DNA from: a bacterium
Lineage (GTDB): Bacteria; JAAXHH01
Reading direction: 5' to 3'
Assembly: GCA_965117045.1 (NCBI GenBank)
Contig: OZ220749.1
Location: 1,156,812 to 1,220,811 of the forward strand
Length of the DNA: 64,000 bases
The notes beneath the pieces are model-generated. The model searched no databases. It was given only the letters and a program-made list of their open reading frames with translations, and had not been told where the DNA came from. A program made the translations under genes and the position numbers. Below, piece by piece: positions 37,062 to 45,329 of the stretch. The first letter of the stretch is position 1. Each line of letters begins with the position of its first letter.

Positions 37062-39215
37062 TTGACGACCTCCCCGTTCCGCTGTAGATTCCTCGACCGG
37101 GCGCCGGCCCTGCCGAAATCGTACTCAGGCAGGCGCCGTGATGGTCCGACTGACGTTCAAGCAGTCAGGCACTCGGGTAGAACGATCGCCTTCTGGCACG
37201 TGCCTTCAGACCTTAATGCGACGTTGACGTCGTGCTTCGCGTTGCATCGCGCGAGCATACCAGGCCGAACGGGAAAGACAGCGCTGATCGTGGCTACGAA
37301 AACCTATGCATCGCTACCTTACACCGAACCGGATCACCTCGTCCGGGATTTCGCCAGCCGCGGCATCGTCGCCCTGCCGCCGGAAAGTCTCGGCATCCCC
37401 GAAGAGATCCACCAACGCATATACACGCTGGAGAAACAGGCCTACCTGGCAAGAAAACCGGTGACACCGGGCGGCATCGCGGATGTCCTGAAGGTCATCA
37501 ACGCGCCGGGCGTCGTCGATGCCTGCAACCGGATCGTGGGACGAAACTGGGCCATCGTGCCCTTCACCCACAACGCCTCCTTCGCGAGCGGCGCCTGGGA
37601 CCAGCACTGGCACAAGGACGACAACGGCCCATACAACGCCCGCAAGCAGCGCCATCACCAGGCCGTGCAGATCGAGATGCTCTACTATCCCCAGGACGTG
37701 ACCGAAGTCATGGGCCCCACGGCCACCGTTCCCTACTCGCACTACTGGACGTTCAACCACGAAGAAAACCACGACAATTTCGCGGGCGCCGACCACCTCG
37801 ATTTCGAATATCAGATCAGCGGGATGGAGGGCGTCCCGGTGAGCGGTCCCGATTCCGAATACGAATGGGAGGACGTCGTCCATCGTCGCACGGCCCACGA
37901 CGTCCGGATGCGGGAAGCCGTGTCGAACACGGGATGGCCCCTCGTGAAACCCCTCGAGGCGGCACCGCTGCGGGCGGGAAGCGTGCTGCTCTACTCCCAC
38001 AACACGTTCCACCGGGGGAACCACCGGAGAGACGACTGGCGCCTGTGGGACGACCATCCCCGCTTCATGTGGCGCTTCTGGATCTACCGGACCACCGATC
38101 CAGATGGCGATGACCGCCACGAACCCGGTGAAATCGACTGGTGCGAACTGGGCGTAGATCCCCTGACCGGGGTCGACCTGCGCGCGGCGGGCGACGACAC
38201 CACCGTGGTCTGGAGATATCACAATCACTGGATGCGGACGGGCCGGACGCCGCCGCCTCGGCCCGAGGCCGGGGCACTGTCCGCGAAGGGACGGGAAACC
38301 GAATCGCGGGATCTGTACGAACAGTTGCTCGCCATGGGCGACGAAGCGGAACCCCGGCGTATCGGCGCGGCCTACCGGCTGGCCTCCATCGGAGACGACG
38401 CAACGGCCGTCAAGCATCTCGGCGCCGCGCTCTACAGCCACCGTGAGAGTGTCCGCCGCGCGGCAACCTACGGCCTGATCGCCGTGGGCGAGCAGGCCAC
38501 GGAGACCTTTGTCGAAGCGACGAAGTCACCGGTCAAATGGGTCAGGAAGGCCGGTGTGTACGGATTGGGGGACTGTGCTCCGCTCACCGGCGAAGTACTG
38601 GACGCCGCCGCTTCACTGCTGCATCACGACCCCTCCGTGTACATCCGTTCGGTCGCCGCGGGAACGCTGGGCTGCCTGGGTCGACGTGCCGCGGGGACGG
38701 GCAGCGGCCTCGCGCTGATCCCGGACTGTTTCGAGGCGCTGGTCCGCAGTCTCGAACGGGAAGAAAACCGGCAGAGCATGGACCTGGCCCAGCAGCGGAG
38801 CATCAAGTTCGTGCGGCCCACCGACGCGTGCGACGTCTGCGAGGGCAACGGCGTGGACATGGGCCTCGAGCGATTCGAACCGGTGCGTTCGGCTGTGCGG
38901 GAGAACGCCCTCTGGTCCATGGTCATCCTTTGTTCCCACGGGGCCCGCCTGGCAGGCGATGGGTTGGATACCACCATCGATGCCCTGACCGAGGTGGTGC
39001 GCACCGACCGAAACGTCATTTGCGTGGGATTCGCCATGGACGCCCTCAGTCGCCTGGCCAACCTGGAGACCGAAGGGCCCTCGCCGGCCTCCCTCGACAG
39101 GCTGCGCGCGGATCTTCTCGGGTTGCTCGGTGAGTCACCCATCCGGTGCTGGGAGGCCCTGGTTCGGGGCGGACTGGGCACGGAGCATCTTTCCGCTTTC
39201 CCGGAAGCCGGCTAG
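37062..39215 (+). CDS. phytanoyl-CoA-dioxygenase-family 2OG-Fe(II) oxygenase fused to a C-terminal HEAT-repeat domain
   Basis: The PhyH-type facial triad is HWHKDD...LYSHNTFHRG. The C-terminal ~300 aa has HEAT units (RIGAAYRLASIGDDATAVKHLGAAL...VRRAATYGLIAVG...YIRSVAAGTLGCLG). The true start is uncertain; an in-frame GTG around 37282 is possible. Confidence 0.65.
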   Translation: MTTSPFRCRFLDRAPALPKSYSGRRRDGPTDVQAVRHSGRTIAFWHVPSDLNATLTSCFALHRASIPGRTGKTALIVATKTYASLPYTEPDHLVRDFASRGIVALPPESLGIPEEIHQRIYTLEKQAYLARKPVTPGGIADVLKVINAPGVVDACNRIVGRNWAIVPFTHNASFASGAWDQHWHKDDNGPYNARKQRHHQAVQIEMLYYPQDVTEVMGPTATVPYSHYWTFNHEENHDNFAGADHLDFEYQISGMEGVPVSGPDSEYEWEDVVHRRTAHDVRMREAVSNTGWPLVKPLEAAPLRAGSVLLYSHNTFHRGNHRRDDWRLWDDHPRFMWRFWIYRTTDPDGDDRHEPGEIDWCELGVDPLTGVDLRAAGDDTTVVWRYHNHWMRTGRTPPPRPEAGALSAKGRETESRDLYEQLLAMGDEAEPRRIGAAYRLASIGDDATAVKHLGAALYSHRESVRRAATYGLIAVGEQATETFVEATKSPVKWVRKAGVYGLGDCAPLTGEVLDAAASLLHHDPSVYIRSVAAGTLGCLGRRAAGTGSGLALIPDCFEALVRSLEREENRQSMDLAQQRSIKFVRPTDACDVCEGNGVDMGLERFEPVRSAVRENALWSMVILCSHGARLAGDGLDTTIDALTEVVRTDRNVICVGFAMDALSRLANLETEGPSPASLDRLRADLLGLLGESPIRCWEALVRGGLGTEHLSAFPEAG

Positions 39216-39297
39216 CCCGGCCTTTATCCTAACCATATCCTGTTTACGCAGTGTACTGTACGCCGGCCTCTGCAGCGTACGACAACTGGTTCCATGG

Positions 39298-40293
39298 GTG
39301 ACTGCCGTGCCCCAGATCCTCGTCGACAACATCGTAAAGACCTTCCGGATCGCCCAGCGGCGCCCCGGTCTCTGGGGCGCGTTACACGGGGTATTGCGCC
39401 GTGAGTACCGGACGATCAAGGCCCTGGACCGCGTCTCTTTCGAACTGGAACCGGGAGAACTGGTGGGCTATATCGGTCCCAACGGGGCGGGCAAGTCCAC
39501 GACCGTAAAGGTCCTCTCGGGCATCCTGGTGCCTGATTCGGGCCGGTGCGAGATCGACGGCCGCATCCCGTGGCGGGACCGGATCGCCAACGCGGCCAAC
39601 ATCGGCGTGGTGTTCGGCCAGCGGACCCAGTTGTGGTGGGACCTGCCCGTTATCGAGTCCTTCGATCTGCTGCGGGACATCTACCGGATCGGGAGCGATG
39701 AATACCACCGGGCCAGGGACGAACTTGCCGCGCTCATGGACCTGGAACCGCTGTACGATGTCCCGGTGCGTCAACTCAGCCTCGGCCAACGCATGCGGTG
39801 CGACCTGGCGGCGGCCCTGCTGCATGCGCCTTCGGTGCTCTTCCTGGACGAGCCCACCATCGGCCTGGACGCCGTTTCCAAGCTCGCCGTGCGGGATTTC
39901 ATCAAGCGGCTGAACCGGGAACGGGGCGTCACCGTCGTGCTGACCACCCATGATATGGACGACATCGAGGCCCTGTGCGACCGGGTGATGGTGATCGGAC
40001 ACGGGAGGATCCTGTCCGACAGCACGCTGGACGACCTGCGCACCCGCGTCACCCGGGAGCGCCGCCTCATCATAGACCTGCTCGACGAAGGCCAGGCGAT
40101 CGAAGATCCGGACGTTACCTTCATCTCGCGAAGCGGCAGCCGCGTCCACCTGCAGTTCGATCCGGACCGCGTCCGAACGGCGGCCCTGATCAGCCGGATC
40201 ACGGCGAAGTACGCCATCAAGGACCTGTTCGTCGAGAACCCACCCATCGAAGAGATCATCTCCAGGCTGTACGACGAACACGAACTCCGCTAG
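39298..40293 (+). CDS. ABC transporter ATP-binding protein
   Basis: Walker A GPNGAGKST, the signature LSLGQRMR, Walker B LLFLDEPT and the H-loop TTHDM are all present. A GTG start is the most likely, since no in-frame ATG lies upstream of the NBD. Confidence 0.85.
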   Translation: MTAVPQILVDNIVKTFRIAQRRPGLWGALHGVLRREYRTIKALDRVSFELEPGELVGYIGPNGAGKSTTVKVLSGILVPDSGRCEIDGRIPWRDRIANAANIGVVFGQRTQLWWDLPVIESFDLLRDIYRIGSDEYHRARDELAALMDLEPLYDVPVRQLSLGQRMRCDLAAALLHAPSVLFLDEPTIGLDAVSKLAVRDFIKRLNRERGVTVVLTTHDMDDIEALCDRVMVIGHGRILSDSTLDDLRTRVTRERRLIIDLLDEGQAIEDPDVTFISRSGSRVHLQFDPDRVRTAALISRITAKYAIKDLFVENPPIEEIISRLYDEHELR

Positions 40294-40305
40294 ACCCGGA
40301 CAGGC

Positions 40306-41112
40306 ATGATGCAATCGTTCGTACTCCCCTACACCGCCGTGCTGTCCGCCCGGTTCCGGATGATCCTCCAGTACCGGGCCGCGGCCATTGCCGGGTTCGT
40401 CACGCAGATCGGCTGGGGCGCGATCCGCGTCATGGCCATGGAGGCGTTCTACCGGTCCACGAGCGCCCCCCAGCCCATGCACCTCGAGGACGTCGTGACC
40501 TACATCTGGCTGGGACAGGCGCTGCTCGGCCTGCTTCCCTGGAATCCCGACACGGAGATCCGCGCCATGGTGCGGTCGGGTACCGTGGCCTATGAACTCG
40601 TCCGGCCCGTGAACCTCTATTCCTACTGGTTTTCCCGGTCGATGGCCTTCCGGCTCGCGCCAACCTTCATGCGTTCCATCCCACTGGCGATTCTTGCGTT
40701 ACTGTTTTTCGGGATGCAGGCGCCCGCCTCGCCCGAAGCCCTGGCATTCTGGCTGGCGGCGACCCTCGGCGCGGTGCTGCTCAGTACGGCGCTCACCGTG
40801 ATCCTGTCCATCACGCTGATGTGGACGATTTCCGGGGAAGGCGTGACCTTTCTGGTCTCGCCGGTCATCTATTTCCTGGCGGGGATGGTCATCCCCCTGC
40901 CCCTCTTCCCCGACTGGGCGCAACGCGTACTCGATATCCTGCCGTTCCGGGGCATATGCGATGCGCCGTTCAGGCTGTACATGGGCCATATCCCGGCCGC
41001 GGAAGCCTGGGCCGTGCTGTTACACCAGCTGATCTGGATCGTCATCCTGGTCGCGTTCGGCGCGTGGCTGCTCTCGAGAGCAACCCGCCGGCTGGTCGTT
41101 CAGGGGGGCTAG
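40306..41112 (+). CDS. ABC-2 family transporter permease (DUF990-type)
   Basis: This is a 6-TM membrane protein immediately downstream of the ATPase. Confidence 0.7.
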   Translation: MMQSFVLPYTAVLSARFRMILQYRAAAIAGFVTQIGWGAIRVMAMEAFYRSTSAPQPMHLEDVVTYIWLGQALLGLLPWNPDTEIRAMVRSGTVAYELVRPVNLYSYWFSRSMAFRLAPTFMRSIPLAILALLFFGMQAPASPEALAFWLAATLGAVLLSTALTVILSITLMWTISGEGVTFLVSPVIYFLAGMVIPLPLFPDWAQRVLDILPFRGICDAPFRLYMGHIPAAEAWAVLLHQLIWIVILVAFGAWLLSRATRRLVVQGG

Positions 41113-41116
41113 AACG

Positions 41117-41920
41117 ATGGCGAACCCGCTTGCCCTGTATACCCATTACGTGAGCATCTCCCTGCGAAGCCAGATGCAATACCGGGTCTCGTTCCTGCTC
41201 GGTACCCTGGGCCAGCTGTTCAGCACGGGGGTGGAATTCATCGGCATCCTCGCCCTGTTCGACCGCTTCGGCAGCCTGAACCAGTGGACGCTCGCCGAGG
41301 TCGCCTTCTTTTACGGAATCGTCAACGTGGCGTTCGCCGTAACCGACATGTTGTCCCGCGGCTTCGACCACGTGGGCCAACTGGTACGCAGCGGCGAGTT
41401 CGACCGCATGCTGCTCCGGCCCCGGAGCACCGTGCTCCAGCTGATCGGTCAGGAATTCACGCTGAAACGCCTCGGCCGGTTCCTCCAGGGCGGCGGCGTC
41501 CTGCTCTGGGCGGCGCTCTACCTGGACATCGACTGGTCGCCATCGGTCGCGGTCCTTACGGTGGTCACGGTAGGTTGCGGCGCCTGCTTCTTTCTCGGGC
41601 TGTTCATCAACATCGGCACGGTGTCCTTCTGGACCACGGAGACCCTCGAGCTCATGAACGTGTTGACCTACGGCGGCATCGAGACCTCGAAATACCCGCT
41701 GGCTATATACAGAGCCTGGTTCCGCCGGTTCTTCACCATGGTGATCCCAATGGGATGCGTGACCTATTTCCCGGTCGTGGCGATCCTCGGCCGGACCGAT
41801 CCACTGGGCACGTCTCTCGCGTTTCAGTACGCGGCTCCCTTGTTCGGCCTGCTCTATTTCATCCTGTCGCTGTTCATCTGGCGGCTCGGACTCCGTCACT
41901 ATCGTTCGACGGGCAGCTAG
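41117..41920 (+). CDS. ABC-2 family transporter permease (DUF990-type), second subunit
   Basis: It is paralogous in layout to the previous permease and lies 4 nt after it. Confidence 0.7.
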   Translation: MANPLALYTHYVSISLRSQMQYRVSFLLGTLGQLFSTGVEFIGILALFDRFGSLNQWTLAEVAFFYGIVNVAFAVTDMLSRGFDHVGQLVRSGEFDRMLLRPRSTVLQLIGQEFTLKRLGRFLQGGGVLLWAALYLDIDWSPSVAVLTVVTVGCGACFFLGLFINIGTVSFWTTETLELMNVLTYGGIETSKYPLAIYRAWFRRFFTMVIPMGCVTYFPVVAILGRTDPLGTSLAFQYAAPLFGLLYFILSLFIWRLGLRHYRSTGS

Positions 41921-41970
41921 CAAGCCGTCCTTCTTGACGATGTTCCGGGCCGCCTGTTAATTGGTCCGAT

Positions 41971-42462
41971 ATGGCGAACAACAGGCAATACCGTTCCAAT
42001 ACGCTGTTCGTGGGTACGCGCGGCGTCAAGGAGTACCGGGCCAGCATACCCCGCTGGGTGAACGGCTCCGATACCGTGCTCGAAATCGGCTGCGAATGGG
42101 GCACGACCACCACGATCATCGCCGAACACGCCGCGGCTGTAATCGGCACGGACGTCAGCCCGGTGGTCATCGAACGGGCCCGGGAACGCCACCCCCACAT
42201 CCGGTTTGAAACGCTGGACGCCTTCGACGTGCGGGCCGCGCTCGAATTGAACGAGGATTTCAACAAGATCTACATCGACATGTCGGGGATATCCGGATAC
42301 CGTTCGCTGCTGGACCTGATCGCCCTGCTGAACAGTTACGCCGCGGTACTGCGACCGGAAGCGATCGTGGTCAAGAGCGGCGCCCTGAAGCACTTCGCCT
42401 CCCGTTGCATTCCCTTCGGAGATGATGGAGCCTGGCATGAGCGAGCACATGACCGCCGGTAA
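41971..42462 (+). CDS. small class-I SAM-dependent methyltransferase
   Basis: VLEIGCEWG is motif I. The 163-aa product has DVSPVVIERA as the motif II region. Confidence 0.6.
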   Translation: MANNRQYRSNTLFVGTRGVKEYRASIPRWVNGSDTVLEIGCEWGTTTTIIAEHAAAVIGTDVSPVVIERARERHPHIRFETLDAFDVRAALELNEDFNKIYIDMSGISGYRSLLDLIALLNSYAAVLRPEAIVVKSGALKHFASRCIPFGDDGAWHERAHDRR

Positions 42463-43231
42463 TTCCCGCGGTGCCCATCGGCGTAAGACCGGCGTCCTCG
42501 TCCACGGATACAATCTGCATGCCGGCCAGTGGGAGGACGTGGCCTGGGGCGCACCGCCGGAACGGACCGGCCGCGTGTCCATGGGGGTGTTTATCGCCCT
42601 GTGCGAGCAGGCGGACGTGCTGGTCTTCGGTTCAGGCGCTTCGGAAAGGAACGGGTTGCTTGAATCCGAGGCGACGGCCCGGTTGTTGTGGGAACGGTTC
42701 GACGAACTCGCCGGATTCGCGGTCTTCAAAGGCCGGGAGACCGAATGGACCCGTCCTCCCGCGGCCGGCCGGTTCAGGCAGCGGATCGAATCCACGCTGC
42801 ACCTGGACCGGGAGTCGAAGAACACCCGGGACGAAATCGCCTATGCCGGCCGGGTTTTTGTCGATATGGACGTCGAGCGGGTCATCCTGGTCTCGAGCCC
42901 GACCCATCTGCCGAGGTGCCTGAGGGATGCCTGCGCGATCTACGGGGCAGACGAGGGCATGTCAGGCCTGCTGCGGGAACTCTACGCCGCGCCGAGCGTC
43001 ACCGGATACCCGGGATACACAGCGGACGACGTGGCCATATTCGAACCGCCGCATCGCCCGGACCGCCCGGACCGCCCGGGCCTTCCGGACCACCCCGGCC
43101 ACCCGGACCGACCGGGCAACCCCGGGACTGACATCAGCCGGGTGGTAGCGCGGGTGCACGATATACCGGGGAACCGGCGGGAGCGTTTCGTCCGGCGGCT
43201 GGATGACCTGCTAAGGGAATTCGAGGCGTAA
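42437..43231 (+). CDS. DUF218 (YdcF/ElyC-like) domain protein with Pro-rich C-terminal repeat
   Basis: VILVSSPTHLPR and the preceding region match DUF218. It contains HRPDRPDRPGLPDHPGHPDRPGNPG triplet-periodic repeats. The start is ambiguous and overlaps the methyltransferase gene. Confidence 0.55.
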   Translation: MSEHMTAGNSRGAHRRKTGVLVHGYNLHAGQWEDVAWGAPPERTGRVSMGVFIALCEQADVLVFGSGASERNGLLESEATARLLWERFDELAGFAVFKGRETEWTRPPAAGRFRQRIESTLHLDRESKNTRDEIAYAGRVFVDMDVERVILVSSPTHLPRCLRDACAIYGADEGMSGLLRELYAAPSVTGYPGYTADDVAIFEPPHRPDRPDRPGLPDHPGHPDRPGNPGTDISRVVARVHDIPGNRRERFVRRLDDLLREFEA

Positions 43232-43306
43232 ACGCCGGTCAGGCGACTGAATCCCCGGTCCCGAGACGGACCAGTAAATCAAGCGGCAAACCACGAGGAG
43301 CAAGGC

Positions 43307-44125
43307 ATGATGACCCCGGAACAAAGGTACTTGTTCGACGTGTTCGGCTACCTGCACATCGAAAACGCGCTGTCCAGGGAGGAGCTCGAATCCTGCCAGC
43401 GCGCTTCGGCCCGGTACATGAACACGCCGGAAGACAAACTGCCGCCGGGGTTCGGGATCGACGGCAAGCGCCATCTCTACGGCTTCGCCTTCGACAAGTC
43501 GCTGGAAGCCCTGACCCGACATCCGTCGATCTGGTCCATCGTGCGGGAGCTCACCAACGACAAGCCCCGGCTGATCAGCGGCACGCTCCAGGTGGACCGC
43601 CCCGGGGAATCGGCCGTCGGGGGCCTGCACTGCGCCCGGGAGGGTTTCGGTTGGGAGAGCACCCGCTACGAGACCCATCATGGACGGGTCTACTGCGACG
43701 ACATCATCGTGTTTCCGTACCTGGACGACGTCTTTCCCGGCGACGGTGGCCTCATCGTGCTGCCCGGATCCCACAAGGCGAATTTCCCACGGCCGGAAAG
43801 CCTGTTCAACAACGGACTCATGCACGGCGTGGAGGACCTCGCACCCGGCGTGGTCAACATCACGCCCCGGGCGGGCGACATCATCGTGACTTCCGAACTC
43901 ATGACCCACGGCATCCTGGAATGGCGGCCCGGCGATCGGATACGGCGCATCCTGGTGCTTCGGTACAAGCCCCAGCACGCCGGGCTCGCCATGCCGTTTC
44001 CGGATGAAATCAAGGCCGTGCTGTCCCCTGAAACGCTGGAACTGATCGAGACCGCCCACTACAACCACGTCAAAGATATCGTCAAGGACGGCCCGGACGG
44101 CGGCCGGCAGGGAGCAGCCTCATGA
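43307..44125 (+). CDS. phytanoyl-CoA dioxygenase (PhyH) family protein; first iron-binding motif reads H-C-A (possible halogenase-like or non-canonical site)
   Basis: The 272-aa product has PhyH-family length and layout. GGLHCAREG sits where H-x-D/E is expected. The distal His is in SELMTHGILEW. Confidence 0.6.
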   Translation: MMTPEQRYLFDVFGYLHIENALSREELESCQRASARYMNTPEDKLPPGFGIDGKRHLYGFAFDKSLEALTRHPSIWSIVRELTNDKPRLISGTLQVDRPGESAVGGLHCAREGFGWESTRYETHHGRVYCDDIIVFPYLDDVFPGDGGLIVLPGSHKANFPRPESLFNNGLMHGVEDLAPGVVNITPRAGDIIVTSELMTHGILEWRPGDRIRRILVLRYKPQHAGLAMPFPDEIKAVLSPETLELIETAHYNHVKDIVKDGPDGGRQGAAS

Positions 44126-45282
44126 ACATCCGGAACATCACCGCCTTCACCATCGACCTGTCCCGCGCCAGGAAAGCGCGAAAGTCATCGCTGCAGCGAA
44201 AGGGGCGCCAGCCGGCCGGTCCCATGGACCGCTACCCGGAGTACCGGGGCAGACGGTCCGCCGCGGGACCCACCTGGCTGACTGCGGCGTGTATCGTGGA
44301 AGCGGACGACGGTACGTTCGGCCTGGGGCTGACCCAGCAGAGCGGCCCCGTCCTGCCCATTATCAACGATCATTTCAGGCCGCTGTTGACGGGACAGCCC
44401 GTCATGGCCACGGAGAAGTGCTACGACCTCATGGTCCGCGCGAGCGCCTCCTACGGCAGCCAGGGCGCCATCAGCTTCGCCATCAGCGCCGTGGACCTGG
44501 CCCTGTGGGACCTGAAAGGCAAGCTGCTCGGGCGGCCCGTGTACGAACTGCTCGGAGGTCCGCAGAAGGACCGCGTCTTCTGCTACGCCACGGGATTCGA
44601 TATCGAGTGGTACGTCGAGCTGGGGTTCAGGGCGGTGAAACTGCCCATGCCCTTTGGACCGGAAGACGGGATCGACGGGTTGAACCGGGCCGAGGAGATG
44701 GTTGCGGAAGCGCGGTCCGCGATCGGCAACGATGTCGAATTGATGCTCGACTGCTGGATGGCGCTGGACGTGGAATATGCCGTGCGGCTCGGCGAATTGC
44801 TGAGGCCCTACCGGTTGAAGTGGCTGGAGGACTACCTGATGCCCCAGGATTTGAGCGGTTTCGCGGCGGTCCGCCAGAGGCTGCCAGGACAGGGGCTCGC
44901 GACCGGAGAACACTGGTACCTGGCCGAACCGTTCCTGTATGCCGCGGAGCACCGGCTGGTGGATATCTTCCAGCCGGACGTCAATTGGTGCGGCGGGCTA
45001 TCCGCCGCGGTCCGCATCTGCCACATCGCCGAGGCCGCCGGACTTACCGTGGCACCCCACGGCGCCATGAACGATCCCTACGGCCAGCACCTTGTCTTCG
45101 CCATGCCCGCGGCCCGCTGGGGCGAACGCTCCAGCGGCGTGTCTCCCCCCGGTGTGCCCCTGTCGGACATGGTTGAACTGCCGGGGACGGTGGTGATCGA
45201 AGACGGCTGCCTGGTCCCGAGCGACGCCCCGGGATTCGGGATCGAAGCGGACCGGGCCTGGCTGGACCGCGTGGCCGTCTGA
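44122..45282 (+). CDS. L-rhamnonate-dehydratase-like enolase-superfamily enzyme (mandelate racemase/muconate lactonizing family)
   Basis: AVDLALWDLKGKLLGRPVYELLGG, LMLDCWM, FQPDVNWCGG and TGEH are colinear with E. coli RhmD. The start overlaps the previous stop in ATGA. Confidence 0.8.
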   Translation: MNIRNITAFTIDLSRARKARKSSLQRKGRQPAGPMDRYPEYRGRRSAAGPTWLTAACIVEADDGTFGLGLTQQSGPVLPIINDHFRPLLTGQPVMATEKCYDLMVRASASYGSQGAISFAISAVDLALWDLKGKLLGRPVYELLGGPQKDRVFCYATGFDIEWYVELGFRAVKLPMPFGPEDGIDGLNRAEEMVAEARSAIGNDVELMLDCWMALDVEYAVRLGELLRPYRLKWLEDYLMPQDLSGFAAVRQRLPGQGLATGEHWYLAEPFLYAAEHRLVDIFQPDVNWCGGLSAAVRICHIAEAAGLTVAPHGAMNDPYGQHLVFAMPAARWGERSSGVSPPGVPLSDMVELPGTVVIEDGCLVPSDAPGFGIEADRAWLDRVAV

Positions 45283-45329
45283 GCCTATTCCCCGTTCGCG
45301 TGGCCGTCTGAGCCTATTCCCCGTTCGCG
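45272..45329. repeat. perfect 29-bp tandem duplication (gtggccgtctgagcctattccccgttcgc x2) spanning the convergent 3' ends of the RhmD-like and MscS genes
   Basis: Read directly from the sequence. Copy 1 contains the RhmD-like TGA, and copy 2 contains the last codons and stop of mscS on the other strand. Confidence 0.8.

Noticed and set aside
45238-45241. Apparent frameshift in the RhmD-like gene: my reading of the printed bases (gggattcgggg atc) has one more G than the ORF track's frame implies.
   Set aside because: I cannot distinguish a transcription or formatting slip on my side from a real homopolymer discrepancy. The ORF track gives an uninterrupted, homology-consistent protein through this point, so the gene is treated as intact. 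Coordinates of nearby hand-located repeats may be off by 1 nt.
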